From NCBI GenBank assembly GCA_964016885.1, contig OZ024762.1, positions 21,328,001 through 21,392,000 of the forward strand: DNA of 64,000 nt, read 5' to 3'. The translations under genes and the position numbers were made by a program. Each line of letters opens with the position of its first letter. Positions within the stretch are counted from its first letter, which is position 1. The notes under the pieces were generated by a model. It had not been told where the DNA came from and did no database searches. It was given only the letters and a program-made list of their open reading frames with translations. Source of the stretch: Eledone cirrhosa (lineage: Eukaryota). Below are positions 42,015 through 57,719 of this stretch, piece by piece.

Positions 42015-42598
42015 TATATTATGAATATATATATATATATGTATATACATACATTTATATATATTATATATATATGTGTGTGTATATGTGTGTATTTATA
42101 TATATATATACACACATATATATATATACATATATATATATATATTTATATATATATATATATATATCATCATTATTATCATCATTATTATTATATAAAA
42201 GAATTAGTGATAATATAGTGAGGTGTGGAACTAATTATCTCCAGCCTGAAGAACCAGTGTCTAAAAAAACTTTCGACATTATTCTCAAATATAATGAAAG
42301 GTGGCGGTGCTGATGGTATTGATGGGGGTGGTGGGGGTGATGGGGGTGGTGGAATGGTTAGAGTGTGGCTTCCTTTCATCCTTCAGGTGATCGATAAATA
42401 TATTGCCATTACAGGGTGGTGACCTGGCAGAATCATTCGAGTGTTGGAGCGAATGTCTTGCGGTATTTCATCCGGCATTTTTGCGTTCTGAGTTCAAATC
42501 CTGAGACTGGCGAAAACTCACGTAACGAAATAAACATGTTAAACTGGTATCTCTCTGTTTTGGTACGACCCCCCCCCCCCCCCCACACACACATATGT

Positions 42599-42663
<65 letters not shown>

Positions 42664-42664
<1 letters not shown>

Positions 42665-43178
42665 TAGTCGAATTACCCGCGCTTTGTTGTGTTTCACACA
42701 TTTTTTTTGTAAGAAAATTATGATTGATTTTAAATCAGTGATATAATTTATGGAGAAAAACTCTGCATTTTAATATTACTCAATGTAAAATGTAATGCAT
42801 GAAAAATTTAAAAACATTACTTTTTGTAATATATAAAATCAAAATTACATTATTAAAACTTTTTTTCATTTTGTTTCTTGTAAATAATTTTTTTCACAAT
42901 ATCAATTCAAAAATTTTATGAATAGGCATCATATCTTGTCATTTACCTATGGTTTAAATTTCATATAAATCGAAGGGAAAAGATTTTCAGCGAGGGTTTG
43001 TGCTCTCGGGATCCCTTTGATTAAACTGAAATATACTTATGCAAGTATCCTGGGCAATGTAGTTTCAGAATATATATGGTTATGGGGGGGGGGGGGGGGA
43101 GGTCCAAAACCACAGGAGGAGATCGTGAACAAACAAACAAACAGACAGGAACTACAACTTTATATATATATATAGAGA
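42664..43178 (-). mobile_element. Non-autonomous Helitron-like element
   Basis: Minus strand starts TC(TA)n, contains (TGTT)n/(CTGT)n near the 5' end, and ends with a decayed GC-rich hairpin (GCGCGGGTA) and CTAG|T; no TSD. Confidence 0.55.
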
Positions 43179-43783
43179 TATGTACATTTATATTTAAGTT
43201 ATAAGTGCTTTGAATTATATTAGAATTATAGGAAATATACATTTAAAGTTTTTGTCTGCTTGCGTTTGACTTTTTGAGAGAGGGGGGGACAGAGAGAGAG
43301 AGAGAGAGTTTGTGTGTGAGAGAGAAAGAAGGAAGTGCGAGAAAGAGAAGAATATATAGATAGAGAGTTTTTCTAATATATTTCATATAAGTAAAGAAGG
43401 TATGAAGAAAAAAAGCAGCTGATTTTTCACTGGTTTTCTATAATAAAAAAGATACCAGTTTACGTATGTCAAGAAACTTATCTAACAACTTTCCAGTTCC
43501 TGACCTGAATAGTTAGATTTTATGAAAAAATCCCCACAAAAAAGCAAACAAACATTGTTGACAAGAGAAATATTTCAAAGTTAATGGAATATTTCTAACG
43601 GTTTTGTATTTTTTCTTCTCTCTTCTAGTAAATGTTATAGCTTTGGCGAACGAAAATGGTAGAAACTTCATAAAAAAATATCATTTGACTCGACTTATGC
43701 CCCCACTCTCTTTCTTAGTTGAGAAATTTCACAAACTTAACGTAGATATAACTACAGTTTTTAAATTGAATTGCATATAAATA

Positions 43784-43826
<43 letters not shown>

Positions 43827-43836
43827 GTATATATAT

Positions 43837-44103
<267 letters not shown>

Positions 44104-44463
44104 TGTATAGATACAGACACAGGCACACGCACACCCACACCCACCCCCACACACACACACACGCACACGCACCCACACCCACACACACATACACACACAT
44201 CCTTTTAGTGTCAATCTACGTTGCCCGGGTGCCGAGAATGTAGAAAAAGTTTTATCTTCATGACACTTAAACAACTTACAGCAAATTATGAGAAAATTCT
44301 TTACATAAACATTGAATAACAACCACATACTTGGAATATCAAAGAGACACACAGACACTGCAAAGATCATACACAGGCATGTAATAACTGAGACACACCC
44401 ACAAGCATATGTTATATATACAGACTTGTACATACATATATATAAGTTTATATGAAGGTATTA

Positions 44464-44542
<79 letters not shown>

Positions 44543-44614
44543 TATATATATGTATATATGTATATATATATACACATATATATTTGTATATATATATATA
44601 CATATAATCATATA

Positions 44615-44983
<369 letters not shown>

Positions 44984-45154
44984 ATATATATATATATTTA
45001 TTTAAAGGTTAAACAAGGTTCAATGAATAAATCAAAGAATAAAGTTTTACAATAGATTAGAAGCACTCCACAGTGTGGTTTTCCGGAATTATTAATATTA
45101 ATTATTAATATTAATTAAATATATTAACAAAATAGACATTCGTGTGATCAAGTA

Positions 45155-45221
45155 TATTTTATGATACATATTTCAGACGTACTGAGCTATCTTCAGCAGT
45201 ACGTCCTCATCAGATAAAATA
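45155..45221 (-). ncRNA. Canonical type-I hammerhead motif, family E
   Basis: TATTTTAT-CTGATGA-GGACGTACTG..CAGTACGTCT-GAAA-TATGTATC^-ATAAAATA: 8-bp stem I, 10-bp stem II, AUC triplet. Confidence 0.8.
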
Positions 45222-45350
45222 AGATGATGCATGACATACCATGACTAAGTAGATGGTTAAAATTCAGTCATGGCAGTGAATAAGATATGACAAAACTCAA
45301 TATTTATATACCTTAAGATTGAGACATGAAAACATTACATATAATACATA

Positions 45351-45408
<58 letters not shown>

Positions 45409-45538
45409 GAAATCGAAAATGTAACTGGAGTCTTATTTTTAAGAAAATATATATATTTATTTGGTTCCTTTACCGGTTTCGCAGTACTTCTGCTTTTCAA
45501 AAGTAGAGTTGAGATGGAGGGTCTGTGGTTTTTCTCAC

Positions 45539-45596
<58 letters not shown>

Positions 45597-45616
45597 CATA
45601 TATGTATATATATATG

Positions 45617-45670
<54 letters not shown>

Positions 45671-45700
45671 AATCTATATATATATGTACATATATATATG

Positions 45701-45889
<189 letters not shown>

Positions 45890-45995
45890 TTACACATCTA
45901 CTGTGAAACACATTGTTGAGCGAGAAAAAAAATGTTGTCTGCGAGAGATTAACAGAGTAAGACTGTGAGTGCGAGAGAGAGAGAGTGTGTGTATG

Positions 45996-46091
<96 letters not shown>

Positions 46092-48122
46092 TAAAGATAT
46101 TGAAGTGGAAAGAAAAATACAAGTTTCTGTTTTAGAACACTCCTGAACTAATGATTTGTAATGATGATGATGATGATGTTGTGTGATGATGATGATGATG
46201 ATGAGGTTGTTGTGTGATGATGATGATGATGTTGTGTGATGATGATGATGATGATGATGAGGTTGTTGTGTGATGATGATGATGATGATGTGTGATGATG
46301 ATGATGATGATGATGATGATGTTGTGTGATGATGATGATGATGATGAAGGAGATGATTATGATGGTGGTGGTGGTGATGATGATGATGGTGATGGTGGTG
46401 GTGAGGATGATGGTGATGATGGTGATGATGATGATGATGATGGAATATTTTTTGTTATTTTGACACATTTCTTTATTAAATGTTAATATGAACCGAACAA
46501 TGTACTAATAAAAAAAACGTACCAGATGTATTTTGGTTTGATCTGTCTACACCCCCCCACACACATATATATATATATATACACATATATATATATTTAT
46601 ATATATACATACATACGTATATATGTACACACATACATACATATGCATACATACATATATATGTACATACCTACATACATACATACGTACATAAATATAC
46701 ATACATATATATTTGCACATACATATATATGTTCATACATACACACATACATATACATGTACATACACACATACATACATACATGCACACATACATACAC
46801 ACATAGATTCATACATCAAATAAATGCATACAAACAAACATACATACATACATAGAACATACATAGAAACACACTCACATACATAGAAACATACATACGT
46901 ACACATACATACATATATACATACATACACATACATACATAGATATACATAGACATACATATATACATAAAAAATACATATATACATGCATACACACATA
47001 CATACATATAAACATACATACACACACGTACAAACAAACATACATACATATATGCATGCATACATACGTACATGCATACATACATACATACATACATACA
47101 TACATACATACATACATACATACATACATACATACATACATACATACATACATACATACAAATACATGTTTACTGGGAATACCACCTGACAAGTTTTTGA
47201 TGACAGCAAAAATCTTTAGACTAAAACTATAAAAGGATATATAATGAAAAATGTAATATGTTACAATTTGTACTTTATCAAAATGGCTGACATTACTAAA
47301 ACAATCCTCACGTGATTTACATAGGTTCAATTAAAACTTCCATTACAACTGATGCACTAAAGAGATTTTCAAATTAATTAGCATAGAGACCAATTAGTGG
47401 TTATATTCTTGAAAATTGTTGATATGTCATACTTAGCTAGAAACTTCTAGAAAAAATATAGGTTACATTTACATTGGAATAGAACATATGTAAAGCCGCC
47501 TGTTGTTAATTAAAATAATGATTTCTAATTCAACCACAAGGCCAGCAATTTGTGAGTTTTGAGGAGGAGTGGAAAATCCTTTTATATCGACCTCAATACA
47601 CAATTGGTACTTTATTTATCGAAACCCGGAAGGATGCTAGGCAAATTTGAATTCTGAGTGCAGACAGCCAGAACGAACACTGCAAAGAATGCTCTCTGAC
47701 ACTCTAACGACTCACCAATGGCAGAAATTGGTGGTCATGGGATCGTGAGGTATTGGTTACCTTCTCAAGATATTTTTGATAGAAAGTATAGGATTTAATC
47801 GGATTAAAACTCATGAAAAACAACGATCTGATTTTGAAATAGTCACGATAATAGAATTATAAATTTTGTATGAAAACTAAATTTTTTCTCAGGTTATAAC
47901 CATGTAAAATTTCTAATTTTTCTCGAAGAAGTATTAATATTAATAAAGACATTTTCTGATCAGTATTCAAATGTGAAACTTGCACACGAAATATTCTCTC
48001 CAAGATGTCAGCAAATTTGTAATAATTAAATACGAAGAGGCTTCGGAAAAACTGCAGTGTCTATAGCAAATAATTATATTAACTTGTAGCAGCAGCAATA
48101 TTAATAGTAGCAGTAATAGCAA

Positions 48123-48168
<46 letters not shown>

Positions 48169-49473
48169 GGTAGCCGTAGCATAGTATCATCACGATGATC
48201 ATCATCTGCATCATCGTGAGTAGTAGTAGTTTCAGTTTAAAAGTAAATGACAGAACATGCGACATAACAATTCTTCTTAGTTAAATTAATCATCGTCTGT
48301 TAATTGGAGTGTCTTCTGGACGGCTTGAGTAAGTGTTTCGTTCATTTTAATACACTCTCTGGTCAAGTTGTGTTATGAAGATGTGGAACTAACTAACCTC
48401 ACTGCAGCATTTGGTTAATGCCATCACGAAATAATTGTTTCTACTTTTGGCTCAAGGCCAGCAATTATCCCAGTGCATTACTCTATACTGCAAAGCATGG
48501 CGTCCAACCCTCTACCGATTCTGCCAATTCAAATAATATTCGTTTCTGGTACTTTATTTAATCGACCAAGGAAAAATGAAAGGCTAAGCTTACCATTCCA
48601 GGATTTGAAAACAGAATGTAAAGAACCAGAAGAAATACCACAATGGTATTTTATACGACGTTTTAACGGCTTTGCCGATGAAGCATAAGGGTAGCAATTT
48701 GTTAATGAAGGAGGGGGGTCAAGAGGGGTTATATGTGTGAAGAAAAAAATCGATTACATGACTGGTTCTTTATTTTATCGACCCTGGAAAGATGAATTGC
48801 AAAGTTGATCTCGGCAGAATTTTAAATTCATAATGTAAATAGCCGGAGTAAATATAATACAATAATGGCATAATAGTTTAGCATTTGATAGCATAGGCGA
48901 AAAGTTCTAAAGTTTTGGACGCTAGTCCTTCATTGGAAGATAGAGACAGGGAAAGAGAGAGAGAGAGAGAGGGAAGGAGGGAGAGAGAGAGAGAGAGGGG
49001 GAGAGAGAGAGGAAAAGGGAAGACTGAGGAGAGTTGTTGTTGTTTGTTGTTTTGTTTCTCATGCATGTAAATTACTTACTTATGTATAGACAAATAACTC
49101 GTGATGGAATAATAAGAGCACCCTTTTGACATGGCGTATCTTGGGCATCTTAAACCTGGCAAAGTCCATCCTTTCTTCATATTTGAACACAGCAGAATTT
49201 TTCCAGAGCAGCAGAGAGAGAGAGACAGAGGGGGAGAGAGAGAAACAGACAGAAAGAAAGAGTTAGAGAGAACAAAAAATAAAGTCAGAGAAAGAGAGTG
49301 AGAGAGAGGAAATGTAGAGGAAGAATTGATTGCAGTACTGGACGTGTGCTTTGTTTTATTCACCCCGAAAAGTAGAAAGCTAAAAAATGTCATCTCAGAG
49401 CGCAGAGAGCCGGATGAATACCTATCTGACGTTCTAATAATTCGGCCTATTCACCACCACATGCGTATAAATT

Positions 49474-49763
49474 GGTATGGTATGGCCCCGTAACTCCTGA
49501 TAGAGTAGGGGCATCGTGTTGACATACGGCGTTTCTTGGGCATTTGAAGATTGGCGGAGCCCATCCCTCTCCAGGCCTGAGTACAGTAGATTTCTTCCAG
49601 AGAGAGGAAGACCCCCCCACACACACACACACAGTAATAGACTGGTACCTTTGGTATCGACCTCGAAAACATGAAAGGCAAAGTTGACCTTGGCGGGTTT
49701 TGAACTCAGAGAGCAGGAACGGATACCGTAAAGCATTCTAACGACTCTACCAATTTGCTGCTT
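49474..49763 (-). mobile_element. SINE with family-1-like head/core and a different 3' tail
   Basis: 13-bp TSD ATGCGTATAAATT (49461-49473, 49764-49776); tail homologous to 49110-49210(-) and 55775-55875(+). Confidence 0.75.
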
Positions 49764-50329
49764 ATGCGTATAAATTAAGGCACCATAAAACTGTTGATTC
49801 CATGTATCACTCCCACGCCACGGCAAACAAGCCTCCATCAGGTGCCATATTCCATATGATAATGGCTGCCCGTCAAGATAACTGTGTGATCGTCCGCACG
49901 ATACAAATCTAAGAAATTCCCACAAAACCTGAAGCTAGCTACAATTACGAAGCAACGTTATGTTGGTTTTTTTTTACACTTATTTATGTATTTTATCAGC
50001 TATTTAGCATATATTAGCATATATACGTGTTATTATCGACCAAAGGTATTTGTCTATTATCGTGATATAACATGCTAAAACATATCACGGAATTATTTCG
50101 CTACATGCACTGCGCATGTCAGTTATTGATTTATATCTACGTCGATGAAACTAAAACAAAAACAACAACGAAAAAGAATAAAAAGTCAAAAACAAAAATG
50201 CGAAACAAAACAAATGCGCAGTAAATTGTAGAATATTTATCCAAGCATTGCTGGCTTTCATGTATTTTCTTTCGCAGATGAGTCAAGTCGTTATACACAC
50301 CGTCACGGAGTAAAACATACGTACATTAC

Positions 50330-50376
<47 letters not shown>

Positions 50377-50403
50377 TCATATTTTGCTTGCTGTCGGATT
50401 ATA

Positions 50404-50458
<55 letters not shown>

Positions 50459-50823
50459 TATATCAAATTCATATTCTGCTCACTGTCAGATAATAAATAA
50501 GAGATGGATGCCTAAAAACATCAGTGAATTCAATATGGCTGCCAGAATGCGTCTGTTTTATAATCTGATTTGGTTACGTCGAAAAAATGATGAAAATCAC
50601 ATTCAGATACTTAGGTTTCAATGTTTGCTTCATACAGAACAATCATTAGCTTGCGTGATCTATGTTATTCTAATTCAAATGCAAGCGAGCTTTATATATG
50701 TATATGTATGTATGTATTGTATTTACATTCGTATGCTTATAGATTCATATATGTTTCTCTCACTCTCTTTATATATATGTATATATATGTATATATATAT
50801 GTATATATATATATATATATATG

Positions 50824-50957
<134 letters not shown>

Positions 50958-50990
50958 TATACATATATATATACATACACACACACACAC

Positions 50991-51063
<73 letters not shown>

Positions 51064-51229
51064 TTGAAAAAAATGAAAACGAAATTTCATTTCTCACTCT
51101 TAGTATGGCACTTACTTAAATGTAAGTATGTATGTATACGTACATACATATATGTATTCATATATGTATTCATATATGTATTCATATATGTATTCATATA
51201 TGTATTCAGACGTATACATACATACTTAC

Positions 51230-51290
<61 letters not shown>

Positions 51291-51296
51291 TATACA

Positions 51297-51330
<34 letters not shown>

Positions 51331-51331
51331 C

Positions 51332-51437
<106 letters not shown>

Positions 51438-51444
51438 GTATATA

Positions 51445-51510
<66 letters not shown>

Positions 51511-51577
51511 GTATATATATATATATATTTCGTTTCTGAATTTGTTTAGCAAGACCCTCCCAAAGTATAACTATATA

Positions 51578-51643
<66 letters not shown>

Positions 51644-52425
51644 GTATATATATACATATATATATATACATATATATATATATATGTTTGTATATCAGAT
51701 ATACAGAAAGGGCTAGGTAGAGAGACGGATCGACAGATAGATTGATCGATCGATAGATAGAGAGATAGATAAATAGATAAATAGATAGATACATTTCACG
51801 TCTGTCAGTATGGCATAATCAGTCAATGGCATAATCAGTTTTATCTTTAAGATAAAAAACCCATAAGTTTTGGTCTTAAGGATAAGTTACTTATCTTTCC
51901 CACGGCCATCAATTTTCCTTGTCTTGCTTTCTGAGAATCGATAACAAAAAATACCAGTGAAGTACTGGAGTCGATTTAATGGTTTTCCCCTCTCTTTTGA
52001 CTAAATTGGCAACCATTATCCAGTTATCTGTAAAATTATATATCACTTATCTATATGTGAGTGGATCAGAGGTGTTTTGGAACTCTGTAAAATGTATCAC
52101 TTAAATCATATGTATGATATAATGGATCGAGTATGATTTGGTAATCTGTAAAATGTCTCTTCCTTCAAGAAATCCTATTTCTAAAATGTTAATGTAAAAA
52201 CAAAAGAAAAACGAAAGAATATAGAAACTAAATGGGAAAAATATTCATTTTCTTTCGATCTACGACACATTTCTCATATTGATGGTCGTACGAAAGACAC
52301 TGTACAACACATTGCAATCATACAATGAAATACCTGCACCACACCTGCACAGTTGAAAATAATCAACTCTCTACGATAACTGACGCTGCATATAGAGTAG
52401 CTTTCTCTCTATATAATAATATATA

Positions 52426-52481
<56 letters not shown>

Positions 52482-52531
52482 TATATATTCTATATACTTC
52501 TCTCTCTGTTGGTCTCTCTCTCTCTCTCTTG

Positions 52532-52569
<38 letters not shown>

Positions 52570-52652
52570 CTATATGCATGTTTATATATACATATATATG
52601 CATGTATATATATATACATATATATATATATATACATATATATCCATGTATA

Positions 52653-52741
<89 letters not shown>

Positions 52742-52958
52742 GGTGTGAAAAGGGTAACATCAAAGACTCGTATATGCAGCTGATGATAGGTCAACATTTT
52801 GATGCCTCTTGTATTTTCTGTATATAATAGTGTTCATGGAATAGTTATATATATTGTTTGGTAGCATGTTCTGGATGGATGTTTCTTTAACATTGAGAAA
52901 GAGAGTGAAAGGGAGAGAAATAGACAGTGAGAGGGAAGGCAGAGAGGAATAGAGAAAG

Positions 52959-52994
<36 letters not shown>

Positions 52995-53079
52995 GAAAAT
53001 ATCAAAGTTCATGTGAACATAACTACTTCTCTGTCTATAAGAAAGTGATTGTCACATGATCACATGTTTTATTATAATG

Positions 53080-53178
<99 letters not shown>

Positions 53179-53765
53179 TAGATATACATATACATACACA
53201 AACATACATACATACAGACATATATCTAACAATTATATATCTAACAATTATATATCTATATACATATACAATTTTAATGTTGATATATTATCTTTTAGAG
53301 AACAATTAAAATCGATTTCCATACTAATTGGTTTGGCAGGGAATTCTGGTCACGTTGTAACTGGAATAACCGAAGTAAATATCAACCAGGTGTTAATACG
53401 TTTACCATTGTGTGTGTGTTGGGGAGGAGGGGTATGGTTGACTATAGATCTCGAATGAAGCAAAGGAGAATATCTCTTCCTATTACCTGTTTTTCTTGTG
53501 TATATTGCATCGGTTAAAGTTATCACAAGGATTAGCGCTAGAGTTACGGTTATAGTAAAGGTTAGCGTTCGTTAGAGCCATTAGGTTTGGGGTTTGTTGG
53601 GGTAAAGGTTCTTTAGGTTTAGAGTTGTGGTTCGATTGGATTTGGTTTGCTGGGTTTAGTCTTCTTTGGGTTTAGGGTTCGGTAGGGTTAAGATAATGGT
53701 CAGGATTAGAGCTAGAATTAGGTTTGTGGTTAGTGTCAGGATTATGGTTAGCGTTGCCTCTAGAG

Positions 53766-54314
53766 CAGGGGCGTGCAACAGGCTGCCCTCGGGCTACAAT
53801 TCGGCCCGCCAGACCAGTCAGTGGCCTGCGATGACCATTTTTAATTTTTATCTTGTAGGCTTATTTAGAATTTTTTTCGTAACCGTAATACAATTTTCTG
53901 TTCGTTGACCTATACTAAAGGGCTTCACTGATAGGGTTATGTGTTATACTTTCCCAGCTCCAGGTTATGAAAAGAACTTGTGGTGAATCTTTGGAATAGT
54001 CATTAATAAATATCAATGTCCCTAATAGTTGTTCTGATAGGGTTATGTGTGTTATAATTTCCCAGTTCCATGTTATGGAAAGAAGTTGTGGTGAATCTTT
54101 GGAATAGTGCTTAATAAATATTAATTGCTTCTACTTCAGGCACAAGGCCAGCAATTACCCAGTGCATTACTGGAACTTTATTTTACCGACCCCGTAAGGA
54201 TGAAAGGCAAAGTCAACCTCGGCGGGATTTGAACTCAGAATAAATATTAATGGCCCTAATAGTTGTTCCAATGTTCAAAAGTGGCCCGCCAATGGAATAT
54301 GTTGCACACCCCTG
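53766..54314 (+). mobile_element. hAT (Buster/Charlie-like) MITE with nested SINE and internal duplication
   Basis: TIRs CAGGGGCGTGCAACA/TGTTGCACACCCCTG; perfect 8-bp TSD CTCTAGAG; SINE at 54126-54238 with TSD AATAAATATTAAT. Confidence 0.92.
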
Positions 54315-55993
54315 CTCTAGAGAATGTGATAGGGTTGGGGACTAGAGCGTATGTTAGGGTTAGCTGTTTTTGTAAGAGAGAGGGGTAGGGCTAGAGACAG
54401 AATTGGAGTTAGAGCTATGTATCGTTAGTTTTAGGGTTCCTTCACCGGCTAGTGTATGTGTATGCGTGCATGTATGTATGTGTATGAGAGTATTGGTGGA
54501 TCATTCGAAGTGAATCCGATGAATGGAACGAAAAATGTTCATTATATTTAAACGAGATCTATTGATAATGTTATCCCTTTGATTGATTATAGTTTAGTGA
54601 ACAACTAAAATCAATTTTGTTATTACTAATTGGTCTGACAGTAAATTCTGGTCACGTAGGAAGAGGAATAACCAAAGAACGTATTTAGCAGGTGTCAATG
54701 CCCCTAAAATATTGATTTATCGAACAACAGAACCAATTTATCCATTAATGTGTCTGACGGTCAATCCTAACATATTTAACAATGTTATTGTTGTTGTTGT
54801 TGTTGTTGTTGTTCTGGGACCTCCGTCGGTTTCGACGTAGAGTGTTTCAGCTTCTTCCTCTTTCATTGTATTCCTTTGTTGAAATATATAGTGCTGTCTA
54901 CTTACGAATCTAGAATAGAATGAGTGTAACTTTAACGTAATTCTCAGGGAGATTCGGCGTGGCGCAATGTGTGAAAGGGCTAGACCCTTGAATTAGAGTT
55001 AAAGTCCATCCGGTGGGCTTCCAAACAATTTCTGTCTACCCAATTTCATTCATAAGGCCTGTGCAGACTAGAAGCTATGGTAAATGATATTTGTCCAAAG
55101 TGCCACGCAGTGAGATTGATCTAGAAACCTAACGATTGCAAAACGAACCATTTAACCATTCAGCCATACTTATGAATCTATATTAATACATCCGTTCTTA
55201 TGAAGCTATATTAAGTACTATTGATACAAAATACATTCTTAGTCGCTCTCCCCCTTTTTATTACTCTACCAGCGTCAACTGCTACCCTTTGCAGTGTTCT
55301 TACAGATTTCTGCTATGATTCCAATAATTGTTCTATGAATATTTGAATAATTATTGATTAATTCTGTCATCTTTGGAATTATTCATAAACTCTTGGGTCG
55401 CTGACACAAATAAAAGAAAGTATGAATAATCGGTCATATTTTATGGTATTTATATTCATCTGACTACAATATCATTATTCTCGCGTTATATCTATCCCCT
55501 GGTTTCAATAACTCCTATCATATTGCAAGAGGACAAAGAATGTTCTACATCACGGTACAGCATCGTCATGAACTTACAATGCGGCGAAATTACACTCTCG
55601 TTAGACCGTTGGATTAAAAATGCCTCGGCAAATGTTTCAGCTTTCTGCGCTCTCTTTATTCTAATCCCACTGGGGTCAACTTTGTCTTTCACTCCTATTT
55701 GAGGTCGATAAATAAAGTAACAGTGCAGTATACGTATCTATCTCTTTCTCACGTCAGCCCCGCACTCATCCTCCCCTTCTCTAAAAGAAATCGGCTTTGT
55801 TCAGATCTGGAGAAGGAATGGATTTCGCCAGGTTTAAAGTGCACAAGACTCGCCGCATATCGCTACGGCGCCCTATGATTCCCAAAAGAGTATGTATATA
55901 TATATATATATATATTACGACTCCAAAAGTAGAGTTGAGATGGAGGGTCTGTGGTTTTTCTCGAAAAACTACAGACCCTCCATCTCAACTCTA

Positions 55994-56029
55994 CTTTTGA
56001 AAAGCAGAAGAACTGCGAAACCGGTAAAG
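55994..56029 (+). ncRNA. Minimal hammerhead motif with U3-A8 variant core (family G)
   Basis: CTT-TTGAAAA-GCAG aagaa CTGC-GAAA-CCGG-TA^-AAG; same motif at 45468-45503(-). Confidence 0.6.
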
Positions 56030-56099
56030 GAACCAAATAAATATATATATATTTTTTGAAAAATAAGACTCCAGTTGCATTTTGATTTCATCTTTTTTT

Positions 56100-56185
<86 letters not shown>

Positions 56186-57719
56186 GATATAAGTAATATG
56201 TCTTCTGATATCGACAGTAACTTTCACTATTTGCGAATCTAGCTTTATATCTGCAACATTTCACACAGTTTTAGATTATATTTCGCACTGAACGGTGCAG
56301 TGGTGTGGAGGTCAGCCAGTAAAATATATATTTTCCTATAAAGCTTTATATTTGTACAGAAGATATTCTATACTATTTGCTTTGACTAATGCGAGACATA
56401 GTTCTATTATATTGTGTATCACAGTTTTTGGTGTCGATGTTACCGTGTAAACAGAGATGAATACTTGAGTTCGAGAGGGCGGTGGAGTACGGATGAGGGG
56501 CGGGTGATGGTTGGTATAGACTTTCGCACTTGTATTTAAATAGCTTTACTTGTTATTGATTCGGAGATATAATGGACATAGCGAGAGATATTATGAAAAC
56601 AAACAGGATTAAAAACAACAAAACAAATGCCTCCAAAAAAACTCAAAATCAAAGCAAAAAATACGCAAAAAAAACCCCCCAGCGATTATTTCGGAATGTA
56701 TAAAAAAAGAAACCAAACAAACACCAATCATATGAAAAAAATTGCAAAACACATGATCTGAGAAGGAAAGAAGTTATATGTAAACACCACATCAAAAAAC
56801 ATGTCCAGCTATAGGAGAGTTAATAGCTCAGAGAGAGAGAATTTTTTCAAAATGTAAACATGGCTCCCTAAATAAAGTGTATTGAAGTGGCAATTACTGA
56901 CTCAATCAACAATTATTCAGGTTCATTATCTTTATTAGGCCGTTGATTGGCAGTATCGGTATAGGGTCGGACGCCATGCTTTCCAGCATAGTTACGTCCT
57001 TTTACGATCAGAGTTCAAATCCCGCCGAGGTTGACTTTGCCTTTCATCCTTACGAGGTCGATAAAATAAAGTACCAGTAATGCACTGGGTAATTGCTGGC
57101 CTTGTGCCAAAAGTAGAAACAATTATCTTTATTAGGCCGTTGGATTGGTAGAATCGGAAGAGCATCACACAAAATGCTTTTGCAGTAGTGTAAATCGTTC
57201 CGGTTACTTCCGTTCTGAGTTCAAATCCCGTCGAGGTCAACTCTGTATTTCATCCTTCTTGATAAAATCCTGGTTGATAAAATAAAGTTCTAGTTAGGTT
57301 TAAGGGTATTGATATAATCTACTCTTCTCCTTACTCAAAATTGGTAGCCTTGTGCCTAAATTGAAAGTCACCATCATCATCATTATATATCAATCTGGGG
57401 TCGATGAAATACAGTACCAGTTTACATTTCAAAATTGCTGTCCTTGTAATATTTGTATACACACACAAACTCACACACACACACACACAAACATATATAT
57501 ATATATACATATATATATATTTATATATATATATATATATTGTTATACTTTGGGAGGGTCATGTTGCCAATAAGAAACACACGCACCAGTTGCTTTCACT
57601 TCAATTTATTATAATAAATTTATAAATTTAGGAATTTATAAATTTCTGGTTGGTTGGTTGGTTGGTTCCACAACCAGATAGTTGTTTATATATTGTTAAA
57701 GTTCTTTCATCACACATTC

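Noticed and set aside
50278-50320. Micro-exon after a strong acceptor TATTTTCTTTCGCAG
   Set aside because: Donor sites are weak and there is no partner exon or homology
55805-55889. 85-nt AG/GT-bounded candidate exon
   Set aside because: It is the SINE tail also present at 49110-49210 and 49500-49605
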